Notes: generated by a model not told the origin, from the sequence alone. A stretch of 45,839 nt of DNA from Macrostomum lignano (GCA_002269645.1 NIVC01004441.1:1-45839), one strand, 5' to 3'; counted from the first letter of the stretch, positions 1 to 16,489 are shown. A program made the numbers and translations.

Positions 1-39
1 AGCATTCACGCTAGCAGTGTGTACACCGCTTGATAAAGA

Positions 40-560
40 AATAAGGTCAGTGGATTCAGTGGGTCAGTGGCAGAAGTCAGTGGGTAAGTTGCCTCAGTAG
101 GCCAGTGGGTCAGTGGTTTTCAGTGGGTCAGTGGTTTCAGTGGGTCAGTGGTGTCAGTGGTTTCAGTGGGTCAGTGGTGTCAGTGGGTCAATGGTGTCAG
201 TGGGTAAGTGGTGTCAGTAGTCAGTGGTGTCAGTATGTCCGTGGTGTCAGTGGGTCCCTGGTGTCAGTCCCTGGTGATGAGTGCTGTCCCTGGGAGTGAT
301 GTCCCTGGTGTCAGTGGGTCTGTAACGTCAGTTGGCCAGTGGTGTCAGTGGGTCAGTGGTGTCAGTGGTGTTAGTGGATCAATGAGCCAGTGGTGTCAGT
401 AGGCCAGTGGGTCAGTAGGCCAATGGTATCAGTAGGTCAGTGGTGTCAGTAGGTCAGTGGTGTCGGCAGACCAGTGGTCAGTGCGTCAGTGGGGTCAGTA
501 GACCAGTGGGTCAGTCGAGTCAGTGGGGTCAGTAGACCAGTGGGTCAGTCGAGTCAGTGG
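40..560. repeat. Degenerate 8-9 bp low-complexity tandem repeat (GTCAGTGG[T/G])
   Basis: Recurrent gtcagtgggtcagtggt motif; the overlapping ORFs are repeat translations. Confidence 0.85.
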
Positions 561-1331
561 GGTCAAGTGGGCCAGCATCCAGCAGCCGGTAGGTCAGGTG
601 GTCGCGCGGCACCGGCCGATGAGGAACGGCCGCTGGTCCAGGGTTGCCTGCAGCGTCGCTTTGTGTGGTGTGTGTTCGGACGGCTGGGGGCTCGAACTTG
701 CGACCATGTTGGCTTATCCTAGATAGATAGATCAGATTAGTAAGTAGAAGTCAATGTCGAAAAATAGGCCCCGAACCCGAGCCCTGACGTTCTGATATTA
801 TCGAGGAATTTTTTAGATTAGGATTTATTATCGAGGAGAGCTTTTCTCCGCCTATGTTGACGAACAGTTTCGGAAACGAGTCTGAAGTGTCTTCCAGGTC
901 TTCCGTGTTCCCTGAACAGCTATTTACGAGTAGCTTCGAACTCATGGTATGCGAGAGCAACTCAAGCTTGAACATTCATGCTGACCGATCATCAAGTCTG
1001 TAGAGTTGCACCTGATTTACAGCATAATTTGCAATTTTCACAGAACATCCGAAATTATGTACACATAAAATCCGCCTGAATTTTTTAAATCTAAATTCTT
1101 TTCAGTTCAAGAGTGGCAGCTCCCAAACCCAACAACTCATCCAAATCAGAAGCAAATTTGTCCATTTTCTGGGACCAAATTCCCAAACAGTATTTCTCCG
1201 CAGGTGGATTGCTCAGCTGGGTCCCCTCATCTGCTTGCTTAAATCAGCTCTGAGACCTGACAAGTGTGACAGAGTTTGAGTCTGAAAATTTATTGGTGAC
1301 GTATCTTTTTGGCTCAAAACATGCAGCAGAT

Positions 1332-1735
1332 TTAACCGCAGAGATAAACACGGGCTTAAAATATCTAAAATTTCTGAAAACACAGCTCTTCACCACACAG
1401 ATAAACACGGGCTTAAAATATCAGGCATTTCTAAAAAATAGCGATTAACCACACAGATAAACACGGGCTTAAAATATCAGGCATTTCTAAAAAATAGCGA
1501 TTAACCACAGAGATAAACACGGGCTTAAAATATCAAACATTTCTAAAAAACAACGCTTAACCACAGAGATAAACACGGGCTTAAAATATCAAACATTTCT
1601 AAAAAACAACGCTTAACCACAGAGATAAACACGGGCTTAAAATATCAAACATTTCTAAAAAACAACGCTTAACCACAGAGATAAAGGCTTAGAATATAAA
1701 AAATCTCTGAAAACACAGCGCTTAACCACAGAGTT
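1332..1735. repeat. 56-bp tandem repeat, about 7 copies
   Basis: Unit ttaaccacagagataaacacgggcttaaaatatcaaacatttctaaaaaacaacgc starts at about 1332, 1389, 1445, 1501, 1557, 1613 and 1669. Confidence 0.92.
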
Positions 1736-1774
1736 AACTAAAGCAAACAAGGCTCCCTGCAGCAGGTTATGCAG

Positions 1775-2150
1775 TCCCCGATTCTCATGTGCTCGATTCT
1801 CAAGTCCCCAATTCTCATGTGCCCGATTTGCATGTACCCGATTCTCATGTGCCCGATTCTCAAGTCACCAATTCTCATGTGCCCGATTCTCAAGTCGCCA
1901 ATTCTCATGTGCCCGATTCTGATGTGCCTGATTCTCATGTGCCCGATTCGCATGTGCCCGATTCTCATGTGCCCGATTCTCAAGTCGCCAATTCTCATGT
2001 GCCCGATTCTGATGTGCCTGATTCTCATGTGCCCGATTCGCATGTGCCCGATTCTCATGTGCCCGATTCTGATGTGCCTGATTCTCATGTGCCTGATTCG
2101 CATGTGCCCGATTCTCAAGTCCCCAATTCTCATGTGCCCGATTCTCATGT
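1775..2150. repeat. 15-bp minisatellite (CCCGATTCTCATGTG), about 25 copies
   Basis: Direct periodicity; gives 5-aa repeat pseudo-ORFs (MCPIL, HVPDS). Confidence 0.92.
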
Positions 2151-2158
2151 CCGGAGCC

Positions 2159-2861
2159 TCAGATGCCAACGAGGAATTCCCCAGCCACGGTCTCCAGCTC
2201 GTGCGGCAGAACGGCGAATTTCAGCAGGTGGCAGGCGTCCAGGTGAAACAGCACGGCCTGGCAGTTGACAACGCATTGAACCAGACAGTCAGCCAGGCTC
2301 CTGACGGGCTGCACGGTGCGGTACATCGGCCCGGCAGAGGTCAGGTTCAGGTAGACCCGGTCAGCAGAGTTGAAACGCTTGGCAACTGAAAGAAAGATAA
2401 GCGAGAAAAATCCTGGAAAGGCTTTAGCCACTAGAGAAGACACTCAGCTGGGTTGCACTTGCCTGGGTGAGAGCGGGCCAGACGGTACACGGAATTTCGA
2501 TGAGCGCCTCCGCAGATTTGCGAGGCGTTGCCACGGCAGTTCATGTTGCAGTCGCTACCGGGTGCAGAGCCATACCTGCCGTACAAGTTGCTGCAGAAGC
2601 ATGTTTCTGCATACTGAGTTCCAAAGTAGTGAAAGTTGCCGTAGCTGCAGACTTTGTCGCACAGCCCAGAGTCATCGAGCTGGATGGCACAAGCAAACCC
2701 TGCACTGAGTAGGGCCCGATGGTGGAGTGTCCTGCCAGGCCGTCAAGGTCCCTGGGGTCACTGTCTGCAAAGCAGCCCATGAAAGTGAACTCAGTGGTGG
2801 CCAGCGAGTAGCCGAAGGCGATGCAGCAACAGAGAAGCGGCAGAATTGATGAGGCCTGCAT
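2159..2861 (-). CDS. Secreted WSC-domain + PAN/apple-like protein, 2 exons (2463-2861, 2159-2385), with a 1-nt frameshift at about 2665-2667
   Basis: Signal peptide MQASSILPLLCCCIAFGYSLA, then FMGCFADSDPRDL. After restoring one G the frame reads MTLGLCDKVCSYGNFHYFGTQYAETCFCSN...CNMNCRGNASQICGG..RNSVY, a WSC Cys pattern. A 77-nt GC-AG intron (2386-2462) joins in phase to VRSLADCLVQCVVNCQAVLFHLDACHL, a PAN-like Cys spacing. Confidence 0.78.
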
Positions 2862-3444
2862 TGTCAGCGCTTTGAAATGTTTTTCTATTGAGAGAGGCTT
2901 CTGCCTCCGCAAGCTGCTTTATGCATTTTGCCAAACCATAGTTTGAGGACGTGGGCGTTGCGACAGCTACATGGAGGGGATGCGACACGCGCGGGCTCAT
3001 CGTGTACGAGACAGATGGCATAACTGGGCCCAAGGACTCATGCCTGCAAGTTCTCACTGAAACAATAAAGCATATTGCAGCCCTGATAAGCCCATATCCA
3101 ATTGTGTCCACTAACGTGTGCAGTCCGTTTCAGTTGAAGAGCCTGGGGTGAGATGGGTGAGCTGTTTTGCCTAGTAACGGAAGCAGTTGAAAATAATTTT
3201 TCCTCTGGGGATGAAAACCTTGTTAAGCTACGCAACTCAGCCCCGCCGTAGCCGAAAACTAAAAGCCAGCGAGCGGTTCCCGTCATCCTAGAAATAATAG
3301 CGAAGTTTCCTAGAGCTGCAGTTTTCAGGTCGCAAGTTGCATTTCCAAATGCGCCCAGCACATTTGGTCGCAGAGTAGATATAAGCGTTCGGAAATGAGT
3401 TCACAGACAATCTCATAGAGCAAATGAAACAGATTCAGTTAGAA

Positions 3445-3453
3445 AATACAGAC

Positions 3454-3492
<39 letters not shown>

Positions 3493-3557
3493 CACAAACA
3501 GACAGACAGACAGACAGACAGGCAGACAGACAGATAGACAGACAGACAGACAGACAC

Positions 3558-3592
<35 letters not shown>

Positions 3593-3593
3593 C

Positions 3594-3624
<31 letters not shown>

Positions 3625-3685
3625 CACAAACAGACAGACAGACAGACAGGCAGACAGACAGATAGACAGACAGACAGACAGACAC

Positions 3686-3745
<60 letters not shown>
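3445..3745. repeat. (GACA)n microsatellite
   Basis: About 300 bp of gaca repeats with minor interruptions. Confidence 0.97.
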
Positions 3746-4029
3746 CTAATGTGACAGGCAAAATAATGATACTGCATGGTCCCTAATGATGAAAAGGAGC
3801 TGCTGTAATTCATGGTAAAGAGATGCTGGTCGCTCATGATGAAGGGGAGATGCTGATCACAGCCCCAAAACAAATGAAAAAAGCAAGGCACAAAAAACTT
3901 GTCTGTCGGATTTTACAAAATCAAAGTTCCTTTCTAAAATGCAGTTGACAGATTTTTTTTGCAGCACCGCGACTGTAGGAAATATAAATTGTATTTGAAA
4001 TGAAATACATGACAAATTGCCGGAGTCCA

Positions 4030-7235
<3,206 letters not shown>

Positions 7236-7349
7236 GGGACTGGCGACAGGAGCTGCTGCTTAAAGGCGGTCTCTGCGCTGCTGGCTGTGGGGAGCAGGTT
7301 TTTTAATTTTATTTTGAATATCTCTAAGCTGATGCATCTGCATCTATTT

Positions 7350-10200
7350 ACACACACAACTAACAATTTGACCTAACAATTGACTAAACAAAATTAAAAA
7401 GCACAAAATAAAAATTGTTAACTAAGACTTTAGTAACTATCGTTAACTGATAATTTCACTTTAGGTTTATTACAAGCAAAATAAATTAACTTAATAACTT
7501 AATTATTAACTTAACTGATTATAATACATAGTAATGACAGCAAATTTAACAATAATTTTTAGTTCAATAAAGACCCTATCTATACAATACTTACAATACT
7601 GTTTTTGGCTCTCTTCTAGTAATTGCTGGGTTCTAAATTGAACACTAATAAAAATTCGTTTCTCTTATAGCACTATTTTAGAAATATTTTCCAATACTTG
7701 CTAGGTCAATGTTATGCAACATAACTAATGAATAGAATGACAAGGACCACTAGGAACACTTTGTTATATAGGATGTAACACTCTTGATTCATATGAAAAT
7801 AGTTGAAGGCTGATTTTTATTCTTGTATACATTAGTGAGATAGACGAAATGCATGATTTTCAACATCATGTGCTATTTGCAGAGGCCTAGGGCTATTAAT
7901 TTCCAAAATTTTGCAGTATGTAACCAAAAACACTTAGCTAAATTATATTATTTTGTGGTTTAGTCATATTTTTTGGTTATTTACCATTTTTTACATTACT
8001 TATGACTAGTAGGCCAGCTAGGTAGGCCTATGACTAAGGACATATGTTTATCAACTGGTAGTAAATACTTCACAGGTCTAGACTTATTTGATTTCTAGCT
8101 AGGCTAGTCATAACCCTAACTGCCTTAACTAACTTCTTTTTTATTGATCACATACCTGCAAAGTATGGCCTAGGCCTATTTATTGAAACTTTATTATAAA
8201 TTTGAAACTCAAAAAAATTTAGGGTTTTTGATCCCAAGCCAAGGTTTTGGGACACAGGCAATCAATGACAATGACCCTAGGCCTAGAGTAATAATTAGGG
8301 TCTAAAATAAAACTTTATTTGTTTTGAGAAGTTTTTAAATAAAATTAATGATACCTTATCCTTATTGCTAAGGATTTAGCAATCTTATTAAGTAAGACTG
8401 TTTTTAGTCAATTTTTGGGTTATCTTATTATTTCTCTTAGTATTTAGCAATTCTTTCCTAGGTTTATGCTTTAGCTATATGATAAAGATGTTATATTATC
8501 TTGAATTTCAAAATTGCAACTTCAAGTTAGACCTTGGATACAATTTAGTATCTTAGTACTAAGCTTAGCAAAAAAAACCTTGGCTAAGGTATCCTTAAGC
8601 TATAGTATCATTATTGTATAATATCTTTTTTGATTGAATTTTGAACTTGGACCTTGGATACAATTTCATATTGCATCCTAGACATAGACCTAGTGTAGTG
8701 CCAGCAAAAAGCTAGGTTTTTATTTTGTTTATTTTGTTTCCCAATGATTTTTACACTCTACATGGTACTATAACTGCACTAGCAGTTATATAGTCAAGAA
8801 CACATTCAGATTATATATAGCAAGGGTTGGAAAACTTTTACCTCAAGGGCTTAATAGAGAATCTAGCTCTGATGATAGGCTAGAAAAGGAGAAAAAAAGA
8901 AAAAGAAGTGAGATAAGAAAAAGGAAGTGAAATAATAATTGGAAAGATAGTTAGGATAAAATTGAAGATAGAAGAAAAAAGGAAAAGGATAAAAAGAAAA
9001 GTGAAAAGAAAGAGAAGATAAAAGAAAATTTATGTCCCTGTGGTACAAATTTTCCAGGGAATTGACATCTTTGGATTTAGGCCCTAATTGATAGCAGTCA
9101 TATATATTTTTAATTTTTTAATAATCAACTTATTGAGATCTTAAAAATGTTTATCAGCAAACTATTTTAATAAATTAAGTTAAAATTATATAATTAAAGG
9201 TTGAGTAGTTCAGTAATACTTGTTTGAAATTATTAGGGCCTATATATATAATATAATTTGGATATCTTCTCGAATCGTTTGTATAATTCCAACCCCCACC
9301 ACCCACCACCCTTGAATAGAGGGTGAAATAATTCCGGAAATAATTAAACAAACGATTCAAAAAGATTGCCTATAATTTTTTATTATATGCAAGGAATGAT
9401 AAAGCTCAAGTCAGTATTAATCATACAGTTCATTTTTTTCATTTTTAACTTTATTTCATTTCAGACTAGTTGTTAGGCCAATGAAGTTTTATTTGCCAAG
9501 ATATATAAGCAACTATACTACTGGTAATATCTGGCTAGGATGGAATTTAATTACAACTTGAGGCCCAGGTGCACACTTTTGTTCATGCTCCTGTGATGCT
9601 CTTGGATATCCAGAACTGAAATGCCCAGGTCAGGTCCTACAGCTTCCACAGGTGACTGAGGTGACAGACTAGCTAATTCTAATGCTTCCTAAACTTGATT
9701 TTGATGTTTAGAGTGACAGGATTTGTCAGCATACATGTACCATTTGTACACATGATCCCAACACTGCTTATGAATCATTCTTTTACTATGCTAAATTTGT
9801 TAAAAGAATTTTGATGCATTTGCTTGTTTGTTATTTATTATTTCATTTTGTTTGCTCAGTACTGTTATATCACTTTGCAACACTGCTGTACCAACAATAA
9901 AATTTCCTCAATATAGTTTATCATACCTCGTCAATTTTGTGCCAGACAGACTGCTATTTATAATTTGAGCTAAAAGCAAATAAACTTGACAAGTCTGCTT
10001 GTTTGCTAAATTCTACTGCCACTCGCAAGCCACTTCAATTTACAAGATTATAGAGAATAGAAGAATGTTAAAACAGGGTCTGCTTTGTGATGTTTTGCTT
10101 TTTCTTCTCACTCATTTTTTCTGACTAGCCATCTTGTAAGAAAGATTTTAAAGGATATAGTAGACCAAAGTATGCGGGTTCTGTATATGATCTCCAGACT
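7350..10200. other. AT-rich, strongly CpG-depleted domain
   Basis: No CG dinucleotide found by eye from about 7837 to 9270; about 17 CTAG in 7861-8890. Confidence 0.8.
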
Positions 10201-12176
10201 CCAATATATTTTCAGAAACGTCACTAATGAAACTAAGAGCGTATTCACAAAAAATGCGCTCAAGATTTTCGGCTACTTTATTAATTTTGCTTCCTAAACT
10301 TGAAGATTTGAATCGCTACCATACGCCTAAAAATAGGGTGTCTCCATTGTACAGGATTTTCTTGCATCTACAAATAGTGGGAAGCTAAACTAACTGACTT
10401 ACTTGGTAGGGGACAAAAATCCGAACAATCTGTCGAAAAAATTAACCTTCTACATGCAACCGATTCGGAGATACAATCATTTTAATAATCGGCCTTCAAC
10501 TATTTTTGCACGATTTGCAAGTGTTGCGTCCTTCAAGTCTAGTAGTCCTTGTAAAATGATCGATAGGTTGTATTTTTATGCGTACATATTATCTCCCTGA
10601 AGCAGAATATGGGGTACAAAATAGCTAATTGCGATTTATAAAGACAAAAATAGTAAAGCTCACTGCATTACTTTGCATAGCTAACGCCAACCAACTTACG
10701 TAATTCATGCCCTGGAGCGGCCTGTGCAGGCCGTTCTTAGAGACTGACTGATGATTCATAATTTGCAATATTGTAATGTCACAACTGTTGGAATCTGTAA
10801 ATAAAAACTCTTACGTTTTATAAAAATATATAATTTATGAGTTCAATCGATATTTTTAAAAAACGCTGCTGTTTTTTTACAAAAATTAATTGTATTTTGT
10901 TAAAACAAGCAGAAAAAATTTTTTTAATGCCGCGTAGCATTGTGTGTACGTTTAATAATTGCGTCGCGATTTTCTACAATTTAATTTTTATGACATACAC
11001 GAAAGTACGTGCCTATAGTCAGGATGTCTATACACTCCAACAGATATTGACTTTCCTTTTATTGCAAATCTATCCAAACTATCCTTGAGCTTCTTACACA
11101 AGTTCTTGCCAGGAAAGTGTCGGATTTACATGTACACTATTGAAATTGATACGCTACACATGTAAATTAGCATGACACACTACATATCTAAGCGGTTGTA
11201 ATTTGCTACTTAGGTATCGGTTCAGAGTATAAACTCAATGATGAACATGCATGAACCTCACTGCAATTACGAGTATTTAAGTTTATATCTCTAAGATTTT
11301 TAATACTGCATATTTGACGTCTAGCTACCCTAGAACGGCCCGGCCGCTAAATAAGATTTTGCATCATGATGGTAGTACACCACAAGAGTATAAAGGACCG
11401 TGTCGTACAGTTGAAAATAAAAGTACTCGCACTTGACTGCAAGTACTTGTGAACCTTTTCATACACTTCATTTTCGTAGAACTACTGAGAGATGATCGAG
11501 CGGTAACTGCATTTTGTTGTATCGCTATTGGTAGGTATCGAGAAATCGCGCAATCATACAACAATTAGAATTGATTGCAGAGGATATAAGTCTAAGGTTC
11601 GGACTTATTTTTCAAAAAATCAAATTATCTAAGTAATGACGAAGACATTAAAAAAATTACATGGACCTTTAATATTATTCTCAAAGGCCGGAGTCCATTA
11701 TTATTATTTTACTAAATACGCGGCCTAACATATGAAGGCCGGCCTATAAAACTATTTTGAAGTTTTTGCACAAAAAATAAAAAATTATGATAACAATTAG
11801 GCTGATAAAAGTGTCTAGTCAGAATTTCATCAGCTACCTTTTAAATGACAGGATTTTTCAAGTTGCCCATGGTCAGCATTATACCGTTTTTTAGTTGAGA
11901 AAAAAGCGAACTACATGTAAATTATATCGAATTACCAATAAATTTGTTATACTTTAATGAGTATATTTTCGATAAGTACATGTATTTGCACGCAGTGCAA
12001 TAAATTTTTTTTAAAGTTATAGCAACGAGTTATATGTTTTAACAATTATTTAGGACATTTGACTGGCTTCTTCAGCCAGTCCGCTCGTACATGCACATAT
12101 GGGTGCAAAATACCAGATTTGAGAAAAGCTTAGCAAGCAAGCGAAAAAACACAGGAAAAAATACGTCGTAAATATA

Positions 12177-12885
12177 CTAGACAATCGCCGAGCTGCTGGA
12201 AACGCTAAAGGCAGACTGGCGCAAGAACTGCTGCCGCCTGAACGAGGGCTGCCTCTGGCGCTGCTGGTCCACGCAATCGTTTTGATCCACTGCGACTCTG
12301 GCAACTGCATCATTTCCAGTCTCGCTTTTCGGCCTAATCCCTATTTCCACATCTCTTCCGGTTGCGGTCGCAGTTCTAGTTTCGACAAATATTCCACTTC
12401 CGGTCACGGTTCCGCTTTCGAGTCCGCTTCCGGTTCCAAACATGCTCGCTGTTTGAAAGCCGGTTTCAGTTGCGGCAGTGCTGGAGGTGACGGCAGCGCT
12501 GTTAACCACGCACAGAGGCTGCACCGGAAGTTGACGCCACAGTCCCGTTATGGGCAGCGCCGCGCCTAGACCGGGCACATTCGGACAGCCAAAGCCGAAA
12601 TTCGGAACTCCCGGCAGCAGCAGGCGGCCCGGCATGACGAACTGGCGCTCCCGATGGCGGCGCCATTTCGCTTGGCGCGCAGCTGCCAGGCCGCTGAGCT
12701 TGAACTGGCGGCAGCAGGCCACGGCGAGGGCGAGGCCGGCCAGCGCCGCCGCCAGGCCGCCGCCCAGTGCCAGCGTCAGCCGCTCCTCCTGCGGTCCCAA
12801 GCCGGCGCCGCTGGTGAAATGGCGCGGGCCGGGGTGCTGCACGGTGAGCACGCTGCCGAACTGGCGTTCAGTGCGGAGTTGCGAG
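12177..12885 (-). CDS. Possible orphan terminal exon encoding a single-pass membrane protein
   Basis: GC-rich open frame with hydrophobic LTLALGGGLAAALAGLALAVACC followed by basic residues. Acceptor ttctccAG at 12886-12887. No ATG start or upstream exon identified. Confidence 0.35.
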
Positions 12886-13847
12886 CTGGAGAAGATTCGG
12901 ATTGCGTGTGAGTTATGAGAAGACAAACCTTTACTGGAAATTAAATGTGCGCATGAATGAATTTTGGGAAATAGGGGATTTCTGTGGAGATGAGGATTAT
13001 AGCGACTTCTGCCCCCCTTCAGTTGACCTTGTTTACTCTCTCGTGCGATTCAGTCTAGCCTTCTCTCTCTCACCCTCTGTTCACTCTGATTGGTCCTCAC
13101 CTCGTCCCTCTTTAGCCTCTCGTTCTCACCCACCCCTCCTTTTATTATCTGCATTCAATCCCCCTATGTTAATGTCCAGTTGTGAGTCCGAAGCTATAAC
13201 CTCTGGGCTACAACACAAGCTTGCAGCTTGTAATTAAAGAAGACTCATTTTGAGAAGACGTCAGTTGTAAGCTTAGAATCAAAAGAAATCTCGAAGGATG
13301 GAAGAAAAGATAGAAAAGGTAAAATCTGGGTCACGCACCTTCCGCTGTCTCCAAAGAGCGAGTCCACTGGCGGCATTGAGAGAGCAGGAAATCAGGATAT
13401 CTCTTCAGCTTTCTTCAGCAAAATGTTGTCACCCGAGTTTCGCCAAGCCATGCGCTCAATTTATACGAACCTCGGGCACCGTGCAATCCGACACGTGAGA
13501 CGGTCGCGAACTTGCAGCCGCAGTGCGACCCCTGAGAGTTAGTCAGCTAATTTGTTCATGCACGGCTGAAGCCAGCGATGACTCATCCGCGGTTTTTTGG
13601 TGGGCTTCGCTGACTCGAGGGCATCCGCGCGTAGGCTCGGTTCGACAGAGTCGCTACAACTGCGAACTGCACGCAGAGGTATCGAGTTTCACTTAAGCGG
13701 CCCAGCGAAATTTTTAGAATGACTTTTTGCAGATTTGTTCTGCAAATACTATGCTAGAAAAACTGCCGTGACGTGCACCATCAAGTATCTCTTCACTGAA
13801 AATTTACTGATAAGGAAACCTGGGACAAGTGTGAGATGTACAGAAAC

Positions 13848-16236
13848 ACTGCATGCACACTGATGCACTGCATGCACACACTGATGCACTGTATGCACAC
13901 ACTGAGACACTGCATGCACACACTGATGCACTGCATGCACACACTGAGACACTGCATGCACACACTGAGACACTGCATGCACACACTGATACACTGCATG
14001 CACACACTGAGACACTGCATGCACACACTGATGCACTGCATGCACACACTGATGCACTGCATGCACACACTGATACACTGCATGCACACACTGATGCACT
14101 GCATGCACACACTGATGCACTGCATGCACACACTGAGACACTGCATGCACACACTGAGACACTGCATGCACACACTGATACACTGCATGCACACACTGAG
14201 ACACTGCATGCACACACTGATGCACTGCATGCACACACCGATACACTGCATGCACACACTGATGCACTGCATGCACACACTGATACACTGCATGCACACA
14301 CTGAGACACTGCATGCACACACTGATGCACTGCATGCACACACTGATGCACTGCATGCACACACTGATGCACTGCATGCACACACTGATGCACTGCATGC
14401 ACACACTGATACACTGCATGCACACACACTGATGCACTGCATGCACACACTGATGCACTGCATGCACACACTGATGCACTGCATGCACACACTGATACAC
14501 TGCATGCACACACCGATACACTGCATGCACACACTGATGCACTGCATGCACACACTGATACACTGCATGCACACACACTGATGCACTGCATGCACACACT
14601 GATGCACTGCATGCACACACTGATGCACTGCATGCACACACTGATGCACTGCATGCACACACTGATGCACTGCATGCACACACTGATGCACTGCATGCAC
14701 ACACTGATGCACTGCATGCACACACTGATGCACTGCATGCACACACTGATGCACTGCATGCACACACTGATACACTGCATGCACACACTGATGCACTGCA
14801 TGCACACACTGATGCACTGCATGCACACACTGATGCACTGCATGCACACACTGATGCACTGCATGCACACACTGATGCACTGCATGCACACACTGATACA
14901 CTGCATGCACACACACTGATGCACTGTATGCACACACTGATGCACTGCATGCACACACTGATGCACTGCATGCACACACTGATGCACTGCATGCACACAC
15001 TGATGCACTGCATGCACACACTGATGCACTGCATGCACACACTGATGCACTGCATGCACACACTGATGCACTGCATGCACACACTGATGCACTGCATGCA
15101 CACACCGATACACTGCATGCACACACTGATGCACTGCATGCACACACTGATACACTGCATGCACACACTGAGACACTGCATGCACACACTGATGCACTGC
15201 ATGCACACACTGATGCACTGCATGCACACACTGATGCACTGCATGCACACACTGATGCACTGCATGCACACACTGATACACTGCATGCACACACACTGAT
15301 GCACTGCATGCACACACTGATGCACTGCATGCACACACTGATGCACTGCATGCACACACTGATACACTGCATGCACACACCGATACACTGCATGCACACA
15401 CTGATGCACTGCATGCACACACTGATACACTGCATGCACACACACTGATGCACTGCATGCACACACTGATGCACTGCATGCACACACTGATGCACTGCAT
15501 GCACACACTGATGCACTGCATGCACACACTGATGCACTGCATGCACACACTGATGCACTGCATGCACACACTGATGCACTGCATGCACACACTGATGCAC
15601 TGCATGCACACACTGATGCACTGCATGCACACACTGATGCACTGCATGCACACACTGATACACTGCATGCACACACTGATACACTGCATGCACACACTGA
15701 TGCACTGTATGCACACACTGATGCACTGCATGCACACACTGATGCACTGTATGCACACACTGATGCACTGCATGCACACACTGATGCACTGCATGCACAC
15801 ACTGATGCACTGCATGCACACACTGATGCACTGCATGCACACACTGATGCACTGCATGCACACACTGATGCACTGCATGCACACACTGATGCACTGCATG
15901 CACACACTGATGCATTGCATGCACACACTGATGCACTGCATGCACACACTGAGACACTGCATGCACACACTGAGACACTGCATGCACACACTGAGACACT
16001 GCATGCACACACTGAGACACTGCATGCACACACTGAGACACTGCATGCACACACTGAGACACTGCATGCACACACTGAGACACTGCATGCACACACTGAG
16101 ACACTGCATGCACACACTGAGACACTGCATGCACACACTGAGACACTGCATGCACACACTGAGACACTGCATGCACACACTGAGACACTGCATGCACACA
16201 CTGAGACACTGCATGCACACACTGAGACACTGCATG
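13848..16236. repeat. 21-bp minisatellite (TGCACTGCATGCACACACTGA), about 110 copies
   Basis: Clear periodicity with GAT/GAG/GATA variants and occasional 23-bp units; long ORFs here are artefacts. Confidence 0.98.
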
Positions 16237-16489
16237 CTTAGATAATTCAGAGTCTTGTTGGTTGCAACTAAAAGACTTACTGCTGAAATTCCAAACCGGA
16301 TTTGCTAAAATTGTATCGATTGAGGCTGCCAGAGACTCGATATTCGCGTATCCAAACGGCTGTTCGATAAAAACCGCACACCGCCTCCAGCGAGTCATTG
16401 GTGTTGCAAATCATTGAATTCTCTCACCAACACTGTTTCATACAGCAATATGATCTGGCACATTTTGCTCCTAGAAGTATTGCAATTAT

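Noticed and set aside
751-975. 74-aa minus-strand ORF as an exon
   Set aside because: No recognisable domain, and the nearby acceptor reaches stops in all frames.
2940-3361. Short overlapping ORFs between the WSC gene and the GACA repeat
   Set aside because: No motif or splice support that I could recognise.
13749-16398. 800+ aa Cys/His-rich ORFs
   Set aside because: Translations of a 21-bp stop-free tandem unit in several frames and on both strands; no coding signature.
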